Positions 1 through 9,137 of a stretch of DNA of 64,000 nucleotides are shown here, piece after piece. The DNA is from a bacterium (GTDB lineage: Bacteria; Fibrobacterota; Fibrobacteria; UBA11236), in contig OMJM01000062.1 of NCBI GenBank assembly GCA_900299345.1, positions 80,788 to 144,787 on the forward strand, in the 5' to 3' direction. Within the stretch, counting starts at the first letter, position 1. Each line of letters starts with the position of its first letter. Under the pieces are notes generated by a model. The model was not told the DNA's origin. It saw only the letters and a program-made list of their open reading frames with translations, and did no database searches. The position numbers and the translations under genes are program-made.

Positions 1-1115
1 GTGGCGATGGCCCTTCGGAAGCCTCCAACGTGCTCGGCATTGCATGGCGCGATGGCGAAACCCCCAAACAGAATGCCGAACGTCCGAAAATCGAAGACAT
101 CAACACCCTCCCGTGGGTCAGCAAGGTTTACCGCAAACATCTTTTCTCCTGCTACAAGCGCTATTTCTACGGCGCGAACATCAATCCCCTCATCGTCATC
201 CTTTCCGGCCGCGGCTGCCCCTTCCGCTGCACCTATTGCGTGGTTCCACAAACCTTGACGGGTCATACCTATCGCAAGCGCGACGTGGCGGACGTGGTGG
301 ACGAGATGGCCTACATCAAATCAGCTTTCCCCGATCTCGGTGAAATCTTCTTCGAAGATGACACTTTCACGGCGCACCCCGGTCGTACGGTTGAGTTGTG
401 CGAGGAAGTCATCCGTCGTGGACTGAAGGTCACGTGGTCGGCCAATGCGCGTGCCGACGTGAAACCCGATGTTCTGAAAGTCATGAAGAAAGCGGGCTGC
501 CGCGAATTGTGCGTGGGCTTTGAATCCTGCTCCACGGATGTGCTCAAGAACGTGAAGAAAGGCTTGGCCGACGGCATGGCCGAGCGTTTCATGGATGGCG
601 CCAACAAGGCGGGCATCCTCATCCACGGTTGCTTCATGGTCGGTAACCTCGGCGACACACCGGAAACCTTGCAGGCCACTTTGGAATTCGCCAAGAAGCT
701 GAACCCCAACACGGCGCAGTTCTATCCCATCATGGCCTATCCCGGCACCACGGCATACAAGGAAGCCAAGGAGCGCGGCGAACTGGCTTCGGACGATTAC
801 GACTTGTGGCTCGACAAGGACGGCCAACACAACACCACCGTCATTCGCAAGGGCCTCACCTCGCAACAACTGGTGAACTTCTGCGATCGCGCGCGCCGCG
901 AGTTCTATCTCCGCCCCAAGTATGTCTGGAAGCAAGCCGTCATGGCGCTGACCAACGGCCGCGAGCGCTATCGCGTGTTCCGCGGAGCGGGGACGTTGTT
1001 CAAGCATCTTTTCCGCAAGCACGGCGCGCCCCAGGCCTCCAGCGGCTACAGCCGCCCCAAGGAGCCTTCCGCCAAGGACATCGCCGCCAAGCAGGCCGCC
1101 ACCGTCGACGCGTGA
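1..1115 (+). CDS. B12-binding domain/radical SAM protein (DUF4070-type), N-terminus truncated by the window edge
   Basis: CxxxCxxC radical-SAM motif (SGRGCPFRCTYC) about 60 aa into the visible ORF. The upstream B12-binding region lies outside the window. It is clearly paralogous to the radical SAM gene at 60338..61897: DIN-TLPW...Y...GC-P--C-YC aligns with DVHQTPLPMW...Y..SRGCPYMCDFC. Confidence 0.78.
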   Translation, partial: GDGPSEASNVLGIAWRDGETPKQNAERPKIEDINTLPWVSKVYRKHLFSCYKRYFYGANINPLIVILSGRGCPFRCTYCVVPQTLTGHTYRKRDVADVVDEMAYIKSAFPDLGEIFFEDDTFTAHPGRTVELCEEVIRRGLKVTWSANARADVKPDVLKVMKKAGCRELCVGFESCSTDVLKNVKKGLADGMAERFMDGANKAGILIHGCFMVGNLGDTPETLQATLEFAKKLNPNTAQFYPIMAYPGTTAYKEAKERGELASDDYDLWLDKDGQHNTTVIRKGLTSQQLVNFCDRARREFYLRPKYVWKQAVMALTNGRERYRVFRGAGTLFKHLFRKHGAPQASSGYSRPKEPSAKDIAAKQAATVDA

Positions 1116-1786
1116 CCCCGTTGCGTTTCGCCGCCCTTGCTTCGGGGGGCGGCTCCAATCTTCAAACACTTCTGGATCGGATCGATTCGCGGGAACTCCC
1201 CGCGAATTGTGTTTTTGTCGCCTCGAACAACAGCCGGGCAATGGCCTTGGATCGCGCGCGGCAAAAGGGAATTCCCGCCTATCACGTCAGTTCAAAAACC
1301 GAGGGCTCCGAGGAAGGGGTCGCCGTCAAGTTGCTCAACCTGATCGAACATCATTCCGCGAACCTGCTGGTGCTGGCCGGCTACATGAAAAAAGTTCCGG
1401 ACGCGGTTCTGCAAAAGCTGCATAACCGGGTTGTGAACATTCACCCCGCGCTGTTGCCGGAGTTCGGGGGCCAGGGATTTTATGGGCATCACGTGCATGA
1501 AGCCGTGGTGCGGCAGGGAAAGACCGCTACAGGCGTGACCATCCATATGGTGAACGAGGAATACGACAAAGGGCAGATTGTTCTGCAGCGCAAGGTCAAC
1601 ATCCCTTCCGGCGCGGACGCCGAAACCGTCGGCCGGCTTGTGCTGGCCAAGGAACACGACAGCTACTGGCGCGTGCTCAAAGCTTTTGCCGAGGACGACA
1701 TCGTACCCACGGACAGCCGCGATCCAGCCCACGCGGTGCAGATCCATCCCCGATGGCTGGAACAAATGCGCGCGCTGGACGTCTGA
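1112..1786 (+). CDS. purN: phosphoribosylglycinamide formyltransferase
   Basis: GTG start overlaps the upstream stop. The N-terminus LRFAALASGGGSNLQ plus the NIHPALLP and HMVNEEYDKGQI motifs are typical of PurN. Length is about 224 aa. Confidence 0.85.
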   Translation: MTPLRFAALASGGGSNLQTLLDRIDSRELPANCVFVASNNSRAMALDRARQKGIPAYHVSSKTEGSEEGVAVKLLNLIEHHSANLLVLAGYMKKVPDAVLQKLHNRVVNIHPALLPEFGGQGFYGHHVHEAVVRQGKTATGVTIHMVNEEYDKGQIVLQRKVNIPSGADAETVGRLVLAKEHDSYWRVLKAFAEDDIVPTDSRDPAHAVQIHPRWLEQMRALDV

Positions 1787-1794
1787 CGCATTTC

Positions 1795-2418
1795 ATGGCG
1801 CGGAAAAAAGACGTCGCTCCCGCTTTGTGGGCGCATGATCAGTCCTTCGAAATGAGCGCCGTCCTTTGCGGAATTGATGAAGTGGGACGCGGCCCGCTGG
1901 CGGGAAATGTCGTGGCCGCCTGCGTGATACTGGATTTATCGCTGCCTCCCATCACCGGTCTGAACGACTCCAAGAAACTTTCTCCGGAAATGCGGGAAGC
2001 CTTGTTCCCCATCATCCTGCAACAGGCGCTGGCGTGGGGCATCGGCGAGGCGACGCCGGAGGAAATCGATCGGCTGAACATCTTGAACGCCACGTTTCTG
2101 GCCATGCGCCGCGCGCTGGATTCCCTGCCGAAACGTCCCGCGTTCTTGCTCGTCGACGGCAACCAAACCATTCCCGGCGTCTCCATCCCGCAAAAAACCC
2201 TCGTGGGAGGCGACGGTGTGTCCGCCTCCATCGCCGCGGCGTCGGTGCTGGCAAAAGTGACGCGGGATCGTTCCATGATGGCATGGGATCAGAAATTTCC
2301 CGAGTACGGATTTGCAAGCCACAAGGGTTACGGCACGGCGGAACATCGGGAGGCTTTGGGACAACACGGGGTGAGTCCCATCCATCGGCGTTCCTTTTGT
2401 TCCGCGTTTCTGACTTGA
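1795..2418 (+). CDS. rnhB: ribonuclease HII
   Basis: GIDEVGRGPLAGNVVAA and LNDSKKLS motifs. Length is about 207 aa. The start is chosen at the internal ATG (MARKKDV). Confidence 0.9.
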   Translation: MARKKDVAPALWAHDQSFEMSAVLCGIDEVGRGPLAGNVVAACVILDLSLPPITGLNDSKKLSPEMREALFPIILQQALAWGIGEATPEEIDRLNILNATFLAMRRALDSLPKRPAFLLVDGNQTIPGVSIPQKTLVGGDGVSASIAAASVLAKVTRDRSMMAWDQKFPEYGFASHKGYGTAEHREALGQHGVSPIHRRSFCSAFLT

Positions 2419-2488
2419 ACCGGTCGGGCCCTGTAAGCGGGATCACCGTCCCTTGGCCGGGGGGACGACCGGGAGGTATAATTTGCAC

Positions 2489-3220
2489 GTGAAGTACGGC
2501 ATCTTTTCCGATGTCCACGGCAATCTGGAAGCGCTGAACGAGGTCATGGATTCCATGACTCGGCACGGTGTGGAACGTCGCGTATGCCTTGGAGACATCG
2601 TGGGTTACGGTCCTTTTCCCAATGAGTGCGTGGAACTGATCGCGGAAAAAAGCGACATTGTGGTTCTGGGGAATCACGATAGCGTGGCTGTGGGCCGGGA
2701 AAGCCACGATGAGTGGAACAACTACACGGCGCAACGCTCGATTGAATGGACACGGAATGTGCTCACGCCTGCCACGGTGGAATTCCTGCGCAAGCTCCCC
2801 TATACTGCTTCTGAAAAACCCCTGTTCTTCACACACGCAAGCCCGTGGAATCCGCCGGACTGGAAATACGTTTCCAGCCTGGACGACGCCGTGGATACTT
2901 TCTCCTTCTTTACAGAACAGATCGCGTTCATCGGCCACACCCATTGGCCCATCATCGTCATCATGGACAACGAACAGTCCTTCCATGTCTCCGAATCGTT
3001 ATCGTACACCCTCCGTCCCGGACAGCGCCTGTTGGTGAATGACGGAAGTGTGGGACAACCCCGCGATCGCAACACACAGGCGAGCTGGTGCCTGTGCGAC
3101 ACGGAACGCATGTCCGTGGAAATCGTGCGCGTACCCTACGACATCGACAAAACGCAGGCGGCGATGCGCAAGCTGGGCTTGGCCGAATTCCTCATCACCC
3201 GATTGTCGGAAGGCCGGTGA
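2489..3220 (+). CDS. metallophosphoesterase (YfcE/calcineurin-like phosphoesterase family)
   Basis: GIFSDVHGN, GDIVGYGP and GNHD motifs. GGGAGG lies upstream. TTG at 2483 or GTG at 2489 is the likely start; the ORF track gives 2453. Confidence 0.75.
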   Translation: MKYGIFSDVHGNLEALNEVMDSMTRHGVERRVCLGDIVGYGPFPNECVELIAEKSDIVVLGNHDSVAVGRESHDEWNNYTAQRSIEWTRNVLTPATVEFLRKLPYTASEKPLFFTHASPWNPPDWKYVSSLDDAVDTFSFFTEQIAFIGHTHWPIIVIMDNEQSFHVSESLSYTLRPGQRLLVNDGSVGQPRDRNTQASWCLCDTERMSVEIVRVPYDIDKTQAAMRKLGLAEFLITRLSEGR

Positions 3221-4719
3221 GCCGCCTCGGATCTTTGGCGAAGGAGTCCCTTGCGTACGGGGTGTCCTCGCTGCTCAGCCGCTTCCTCAATTTCCTCCTC
3301 GTCCCCTTTTACACCCATGTCCTGACCCCTTCGGAATTCGGGATCAGCAACATCGTGTTCGCCCTTGTGGCCTTTCTGAACGTGATCTATCAGGCCGGTT
3401 TCGATTCCGCCTATCTGCGGTTGGCACACGATGCGGAAGGAGAGGATCAAAAACGGTTGTTCAGCACCGCACTGTGGTCGCAGGCCGCGCTCGTCCTGAT
3501 TTTCAGCGCACCGTTGCTGCTTGCCTCGGCGTGGCTCGGCGGCGTGTTCAAGGTTCCAGATCAAAATCTTGACCTGTTCCGATTGGCCGCAATCATCCTC
3601 GCGCTGGACACCTTGTCGGTGGTTCCCATGGCCCACCTGCGTTACCGGCACAAAGCTCTGCATTTTGCTTTCATTCGGCTTGGCAACGTGGTTGTGAACA
3701 TTGCGGGAAATCTCGTCTTTGTGCTGTGGTGGCATCAGGGGCTGCGCGGCATTTTCATGGCCAACATCGTGGCCAGCGCCTTCACCTTGATCTTCCTCGC
3801 GCCGATCTTGCTGGAGAATTTGCGCGCCTTCCTCAACGGAGAGACTTTTAAGACCTTGCTCCGTTTCGGGTTGCCTTTCATGCCCGCCGGGGTTTACGGC
3901 ATCATCAACGAGATGGCGGGCCGGTTGTTTCTGGGCCGCCTCACTGACGCGGATCTCACGAGGCTTTATCCGGGGAAAAACTGGGACGTACTGCATCTCA
4001 CCGGACTTTTTTCGGCGGCGTGGAAACTGGGTGTATTCGGCTTGCTGCTCGTACAGATGTATCGTCTGGCATGGCAGCCTTTCTTCCTGAAACATTACCG
4101 CGACGCCGATGCCCCAAAGTTGTTCGGCCGCGTGCTTCGCGTTCTACTGCTCTTCATTGGTATCTGTGGATTGGTTCTCATGCTCATTCTCGATCGGCTG
4201 GTGTCTTTCCCCATTCATGGAAAAACCTTGATCGCAAGCTCCTTTTGGGAAGGCCTCCCAATCGTGCCGGGTGTGCTACTGGCGTATGCTTTGCAGGCAT
4301 GGTTCGTGCATTTCACCTTGGGCGTATACATCGCCAAGAAAACTCGTTCGCTTGTCTGGATCAACGGCCTCGGCGCCGTCGTGACCGTGGCGTTGAACCT
4401 CCTGCTCATCCCCCGGTTCGGATTGTGGGGCGCCGTCTGGGCTGCCGTGGCCTGCTATGCCGTCATGGCCCTATTCATGACGCGTCAAAGTCAATCCCTC
4501 TTCCCCATAGATCTGGCCTGGAACCGCCTGTTTCCAATCGTCATTTGGATCGGGCTGTGTTTTGCCGCCGGTTTCTGGGTGCAAATGCATCCAACAATCG
4601 GCTGGGGAACACGTCTGTTGTTCCTGTTCGGAGGACTGTGCCTCCCCTTTGCCTTGGGCGGGGTTACCCGTGAAGAGGGAATGGCATTTTTGATGCTGCT
4701 GAAGCGACGATCCTCCTAG
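3217..4719 (+). CDS. polysaccharide biosynthesis protein / Wzx-like flippase (MOP superfamily)
   Basis: About 500 aa with many predicted TM helices. The N-terminus KESLAYGVSSLLSRFLNFLLVPFYTHVL is typical of O-unit flippases. GTG start overlaps the previous stop. Confidence 0.7.
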   Translation: MSRLGSLAKESLAYGVSSLLSRFLNFLLVPFYTHVLTPSEFGISNIVFALVAFLNVIYQAGFDSAYLRLAHDAEGEDQKRLFSTALWSQAALVLIFSAPLLLASAWLGGVFKVPDQNLDLFRLAAIILALDTLSVVPMAHLRYRHKALHFAFIRLGNVVVNIAGNLVFVLWWHQGLRGIFMANIVASAFTLIFLAPILLENLRAFLNGETFKTLLRFGLPFMPAGVYGIINEMAGRLFLGRLTDADLTRLYPGKNWDVLHLTGLFSAAWKLGVFGLLLVQMYRLAWQPFFLKHYRDADAPKLFGRVLRVLLLFIGICGLVLMLILDRLVSFPIHGKTLIASSFWEGLPIVPGVLLAYALQAWFVHFTLGVYIAKKTRSLVWINGLGAVVTVALNLLLIPRFGLWGAVWAAVACYAVMALFMTRQSQSLFPIDLAWNRLFPIVIWIGLCFAAGFWVQMHPTIGWGTRLLFLFGGLCLPFALGGVTREEGMAFLMLLKRRSS

Positions 4720-4754
4720 CCATATCCCCTTACTTCAAACCTCTTCACTTGCTA

Positions 4755-4783
4755 CCCTTTCGGTTCCTCTTTTTCCGAAAGGG
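4755..4783. terminator. perfect 9-bp inverted repeat hairpin (CCCTTTCGG-N11-CCGAAAGGG) between the flippase gene and the cytochrome operon
   Basis: Read directly from the sequence. No strong T-run follows, so it could be a terminator or a regulatory stem. Confidence 0.3.
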
Positions 4784-4827
4784 ATCCCATAAAAACTGTT
4801 CTGAAGATTCTCGGAATCATTGTCCTG

Positions 4828-6012
4828 TTGATTGTTCTGGTCGTGGGAAGTTTTCTCGCCTATGTTCAAATCCGGGGCATCCCCAGCTACAAAACCGAAA
4901 AGGTGGAACTCAAGGTTGAAGTGACCCCGGAGCGCGTGGCGCGCGGTGCGGCCATTGCGAACATGCTATGCAAGCAATGTCATCTCGATCTTAAAACGGG
5001 CAAGCTCAGCGGCCATCGGCTTGAAGATCTCCCTCCAGAATTCGGTGTCGCCTATTCACGCAACATCACGCAGGATCTGCAATACGGCATCGGTTCCTGG
5101 ACCGACGGCGAAATCGCCTTCCTCTTGCGCACCGGGATCAAACGAAATGGCAAGTATGCACCGCCTTGGATGGTCAAACTACCGCGCATGGCCGACGAGG
5201 ACATTTATTCCATCATCGCTTATTTGCGTTCCAGTGAACCCGAAGTCCAACCATCCCAGGTTCCCAGCCGGGAATCCGAACCAAGCTTCCTGGCCAAATT
5301 CCTGACGCACGTGGCGTTCAAACCTTTCGAATATCCCAGACATGACATCAAAGCCCCGGACATTCATGACAAGGTGGCTTATGGAAAATATCTGGTCCAA
5401 GACGCGCCCGAGTGTTTCGCGTGCCATTCCGCCGATTTCAAAAAGATGGACGAATTGCATCCCGAGAACTCCGCAGGTTACTTGGGAGGCGGAAATGGGA
5501 TGCCGGGTCTTGACGGCAAGCCCGTGTACACGGCCAATCTGACGTTCGATGAGGAAACCGGAATCGGCAAGTGGAGTGAAGACGATTTTGTAAAGGCCGT
5601 GCGCGAAGGCATTCGTCCGGACGGCCGTCCTTTGCGTTACCCGATGGTGCGACTGCCCGAACTGACGGACGAAGAGGTACGCACCATCTACGCCTATCTT
5701 CAGACCGTGCCCAAAATACACCATGCCATCGAACGAAATTTTCCGGACTTCAACGCGGGCAGTACCGACGGCAAAACGCTTTATCACAAGTACGGCTGCA
5801 TCGCTTGTCACGGAGAAACCGGCGTGGGGATCGGCGACCTGACAAAATCCAAAGTGGACTTCCCTGCCGACTCCTCCTTGAAAGCATGGATCCAAAATCC
5901 TGCTTCCATCAAACCTCTGACCAAGATGCCGTCTTTCAAGGACGTTATTCAGGAACAGGACTACATTCCGCTCATGGCTTATGTGCGGGAATTGTCCAAC
6001 GCCGTGCACTGA
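4828..6012 (+). CDS. membrane-anchored triheme c-type cytochrome (dehydrogenase cytochrome-c-subunit-like)
   Basis: Three CxxCH motifs (CKQCH, CFACH, CIACH) spaced about 150 aa apart. Hydrophobic N-terminal anchor (IVLVVGSFLAYV). Putative TTG start. It lies 21 nt upstream of the FAH gene. Confidence 0.8.
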   Translation: MIVLVVGSFLAYVQIRGIPSYKTEKVELKVEVTPERVARGAAIANMLCKQCHLDLKTGKLSGHRLEDLPPEFGVAYSRNITQDLQYGIGSWTDGEIAFLLRTGIKRNGKYAPPWMVKLPRMADEDIYSIIAYLRSSEPEVQPSQVPSRESEPSFLAKFLTHVAFKPFEYPRHDIKAPDIHDKVAYGKYLVQDAPECFACHSADFKKMDELHPENSAGYLGGGNGMPGLDGKPVYTANLTFDEETGIGKWSEDDFVKAVREGIRPDGRPLRYPMVRLPELTDEEVRTIYAYLQTVPKIHHAIERNFPDFNAGSTDGKTLYHKYGCIACHGETGVGIGDLTKSKVDFPADSSLKAWIQNPASIKPLTKMPSFKDVIQEQDYIPLMAYVRELSNAVH

Positions 6013-6033
6013 TTTCATCCAGCAAGGAACCTG

Positions 6034-7227
6034 ATGAATCGCAACCAAAACCTTCGTGAATTTCTACCGCAGGATGGTTTTGCCGGAACCTTGATCGGCC
6101 GGGCTTGGATTCCCACGGCTGTGTCCGGAAAAACCGCCGGACCCAGCCCTGTGTGGCTCACGGAAAGCGGCGTGCTGGAGCTCTCCTCCATCGCTCCGAC
6201 CTGCGCCGAATTGCTCGACAACGGATTCTCAACAAAAGGTGTAGATGCTTCGAAACTGGCTAACGTCGGTAGTTACGACGCCATAATGGCCAACACCTTG
6301 GCAAGCAAACGCGATGCGAACCTTCCTTATTTCCTGTCTCCGGTGGACCTTCAAGCCATCAAGGCCTGTGGTGTGACCTTCGTGGTCAGCATGATCGAAC
6401 GCGTCATCGAGGAGCGCGCAGCCGGTGACGCGAAAAAAGCTGATGAAATCCGCGACAAAATCAAAACGCGTATCGGGGCGGACATCTCCAGCATCCAACC
6501 GGGATCTCTGCAGGCTGAGGAACTAAAGAACGCGTTGAAGGCGGAAGGCCTTTGGTCACAATATCTCGAAGTGGGTATCGGCCCTTATGCCGAAGTGTTC
6601 ACCAAGGCTCCGGTTCTGTCCTCCGTCGGTCCCGGCGCTGAAGTCGGCATTCTCGCCATCTCGTCGTGGAACAATCCCGAACCGGAAACCGTGTTGCTCG
6701 TGGATTCCAGGGCGAAGGTGGTGGGTGCAACTCTCGGCAACGATGTGAACTTGCGCGATATCGAGGGACGCAGCGCTTTGCTGCTCGGAAAAGCCAAAGA
6801 CAACAACGCCTCCTGCGCCATCGGCCCGTTCATCCGTCTGTTTGACGACACGTTCAGTCTGGAGGATGTACGCGCGCAGGAGGTGGCGCTCACAATCGAT
6901 GGCGAAGATGGTTTCAAACTTTCCGAAGTCAGCAAGATGAAAAAGATCAGCCGGGATGTGCTGGAACTCGTGGCCCAGACCATGGGAGAGAACCATCAGT
7001 ATCCCGACGGCATCGCCCTGTTCACAGGAACATTATTCGCACCAACACAGGATCGCGGCGGCGAAGGCAAGGGGTTCACGCACAAACTCGGTGACATTGT
7101 ACGCATCAGCTCCCCGAAACTGGGGGTGCTGCAAAACACAGTCACACACTGCCACAAAGCCCCACCGTGGGAATTTGGAATCACAGCTTTGATGAAGAAT
7201 TTCCACCAACGCGAAATCCTGCGATGA
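6034..7227 (+). CDS. fumarylacetoacetate hydrolase (FAH) family protein (2-keto-3-deoxy-acid dehydratase/hydrolase-like)
   Basis: The C-terminal FAH fold motifs are present: GNDVNLRDIEGRSALLLGKAKD..CAIGPFI ... DGIALFTGT. Confidence 0.8.
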   Translation: MNRNQNLREFLPQDGFAGTLIGRAWIPTAVSGKTAGPSPVWLTESGVLELSSIAPTCAELLDNGFSTKGVDASKLANVGSYDAIMANTLASKRDANLPYFLSPVDLQAIKACGVTFVVSMIERVIEERAAGDAKKADEIRDKIKTRIGADISSIQPGSLQAEELKNALKAEGLWSQYLEVGIGPYAEVFTKAPVLSSVGPGAEVGILAISSWNNPEPETVLLVDSRAKVVGATLGNDVNLRDIEGRSALLLGKAKDNNASCAIGPFIRLFDDTFSLEDVRAQEVALTIDGEDGFKLSEVSKMKKISRDVLELVAQTMGENHQYPDGIALFTGTLFAPTQDRGGEGKGFTHKLGDIVRISSPKLGVLQNTVTHCHKAPPWEFGITALMKNFHQREILR

Positions 7228-8177
7228 AAGTCGTGGTTACCGATTGCAATTTCGAGTCGTTCTCGGAAGAACGGGCGATGTGCGAACGCAACGGGTATAC
7301 ACTGGAGATTCACCAGTGCAAGACTCCGGAAGAAGTGATTGCCATCGCCGCCGATGCGGATGCCCTGTTCGTGCAGTACGTCCCCATTACCGATGCCGTG
7401 CTGGCAGCACTCAAGTGCTGCAAAGCCATCGTGCGTTATGGAATCGGCCTCGACAATATCGATCTCGCTGCGGCCCACAAACACAACGTTCCCGTGTGCA
7501 ACGTACCGGATTACGGCATCGACGAAGTAGCGGATCACGCGGCTGCTTTGACGCTGGCACTGTTGCGCCAACTCCCGTTTTGGGATCACTCCATTCGTCA
7601 GAACCGATGGCCCTCGACTGCTCCGACCCCCATGCTCTCGTGCAAGGGAATGACTTTCGCCGTTGCAGGCGCGGGACGAATCGGACGCGCCACGTTGGAA
7701 CGGATGCACGTATTCGGCTTCAAACTCGCAGCCTATGATCCTTTTGTGCCCGAGAAAGATTTGAGCGCCATCGGTGTTGAAAAACTGTCACTGGACGAAC
7801 TGTTCACAAAAGCCGACGTTCTTTCCCTGCATCTTCCCTTGACCAAGGAAACTCATCACCTCGTCAATCGCGATCGCCTGAAATCCATGAAAAAACATGC
7901 GATCTTGATCAACACATCACGCGGTGGCTTGATCGATACTTATGCGTTGGCTGCAGCACTTGATGCAGGCGACATTGGACATGCCGGTATCGATGTGCAC
8001 GAAAAGGAGCCAATGGATGCGAGTCACCCGTTGAAGACGTGCCAAACAGCCTTGCTCACGCCGCACATCGCCTATTACAGCGCCGCCAGCATCGTACGTC
8101 TGCAGCGCATGGCCGCCGAGGAAGTGGAACGCGCCTTGTACGGGAAGCCGTTGCGTTGCCAGTTCAAGATCGTGTAA
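7224..8177 (+). CDS. D-isomer specific 2-hydroxyacid dehydrogenase family protein
   Basis: NAD-binding motif GAGRIGRA and the catalytic region LLTPHIAYYS. Its ATG overlaps the FAH stop (ATGA). Confidence 0.8.
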   Translation: MKVVVTDCNFESFSEERAMCERNGYTLEIHQCKTPEEVIAIAADADALFVQYVPITDAVLAALKCCKAIVRYGIGLDNIDLAAAHKHNVPVCNVPDYGIDEVADHAAALTLALLRQLPFWDHSIRQNRWPSTAPTPMLSCKGMTFAVAGAGRIGRATLERMHVFGFKLAAYDPFVPEKDLSAIGVEKLSLDELFTKADVLSLHLPLTKETHHLVNRDRLKSMKKHAILINTSRGGLIDTYALAAALDAGDIGHAGIDVHEKEPMDASHPLKTCQTALLTPHIAYYSAASIVRLQRMAAEEVERALYGKPLRCQFKIV

Positions 8178-8204
8178 TTCTTTCATCTATCCGAAAGGAA
8201 TCTC

Positions 8205-9083
8205 ATGGGCGATTTGAAATGCGTCTGGGAAATCCCCGCCATCCTCGGTGAAGGGCCGCTGTGGGTTGAACGTGAAAACGCCCTGTATTGGGTCGATGTC
8301 GTGGGCAAACAGGTTCACCGTCTGTCCCTCGCCGATGGTGGCAAGAAATCTTGGAACTTCGATACTGAGGTGACGAGTCTAGCGCCGCGCAAGCAGGGCG
8401 GATTCATCGGAACCGTGCGGCATGGATTCGCCTTCTTCGACTTCTCATCCGATGTCGTGAAACCCCAGCTTATCGTTTCGTTTGAAACCGACATTCCGGG
8501 AAATCGCTTCAACGACGGCAAGGCCGACGTTCACGGCCGCTTCTGGGCAGGAACTGTGGACGAAGCCAACTGGCGGGATGAAACCGGAACCTTGTACCGC
8601 ATGGATCGCGATTTGAAAATCAAGGAAGCAGATGCCCCGTATATCTGCAGCAATGGCCCGGCGTTCAGCGTGGACAATAAAACCTTCTACCACACCGAAA
8701 CCATGAAGGGCACCGTTTATGCCTTTGATTTTTCCCCGGGTGGTGAGATTAGCAACAAGCGAGTGTTCGTTAAACTGAAGGATGGCGAAGGCGGCCCGGA
8801 CGGCATGACGGTAGACAGTGAGGATTGTCTGTGGGTCTGCCATTTCGGCGGCGGGCGAGTGACCCGTTATTCGCCCAAAGGCGAATTGTTGCAAACCTTG
8901 ATGATGCCGGTTCCCAACGTGACCAGCTGCACCTTCGCGGGAAAGGATCTCGACACTTTGTTCATCACCACGGCGCGTTACGGAATGAGCGACGAGGATG
9001 TGGCAAATTATCCGATCGCCGGAAGCCTGTTCTCCGTCAAACCCGGTGTCAGGGGACTTCCAGTTCCAATGTTCGGGGGATGA
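8205..9083 (+). CDS. SMP-30/gluconolactonase/LRE family lactonase
   Basis: EGPLWVERENALYWVDV, RFNDGKADVHGRFWAGT and PDGMTVDSEDCLWVCHFGGGRVTRYSP are typical regucalcin/lactonase motifs. No signal peptide. Confidence 0.85.
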   Translation: MGDLKCVWEIPAILGEGPLWVERENALYWVDVVGKQVHRLSLADGGKKSWNFDTEVTSLAPRKQGGFIGTVRHGFAFFDFSSDVVKPQLIVSFETDIPGNRFNDGKADVHGRFWAGTVDEANWRDETGTLYRMDRDLKIKEADAPYICSNGPAFSVDNKTFYHTETMKGTVYAFDFSPGGEISNKRVFVKLKDGEGGPDGMTVDSEDCLWVCHFGGGRVTRYSPKGELLQTLMMPVPNVTSCTFAGKDLDTLFITTARYGMSDEDVANYPIAGSLFSVKPGVRGLPVPMFGG

Positions 9084-9084
9084 C

Positions 9085-9122
9085 AACAAAAAAGCCCCCG
9101 GAAACCGGGGGCTTTTTTCAAA
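9085..9122. terminator. bidirectional Rho-independent terminator (AAAAAAGCCCCCGG-AAA-CCGGGGGCTTTTTT)
   Basis: Perfect GC stem flanked by an A-run and a T-run, between convergent genes. Confidence 0.8.
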
Positions 9123-9137
9123 ACAATTGCTGCTTGA

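Noticed and set aside
8445-9089. 214-aa minus-strand ORF overlapping the lactonase gene
   Set aside because: Antisense to a well-supported CDS and ending inside the terminator; no features.
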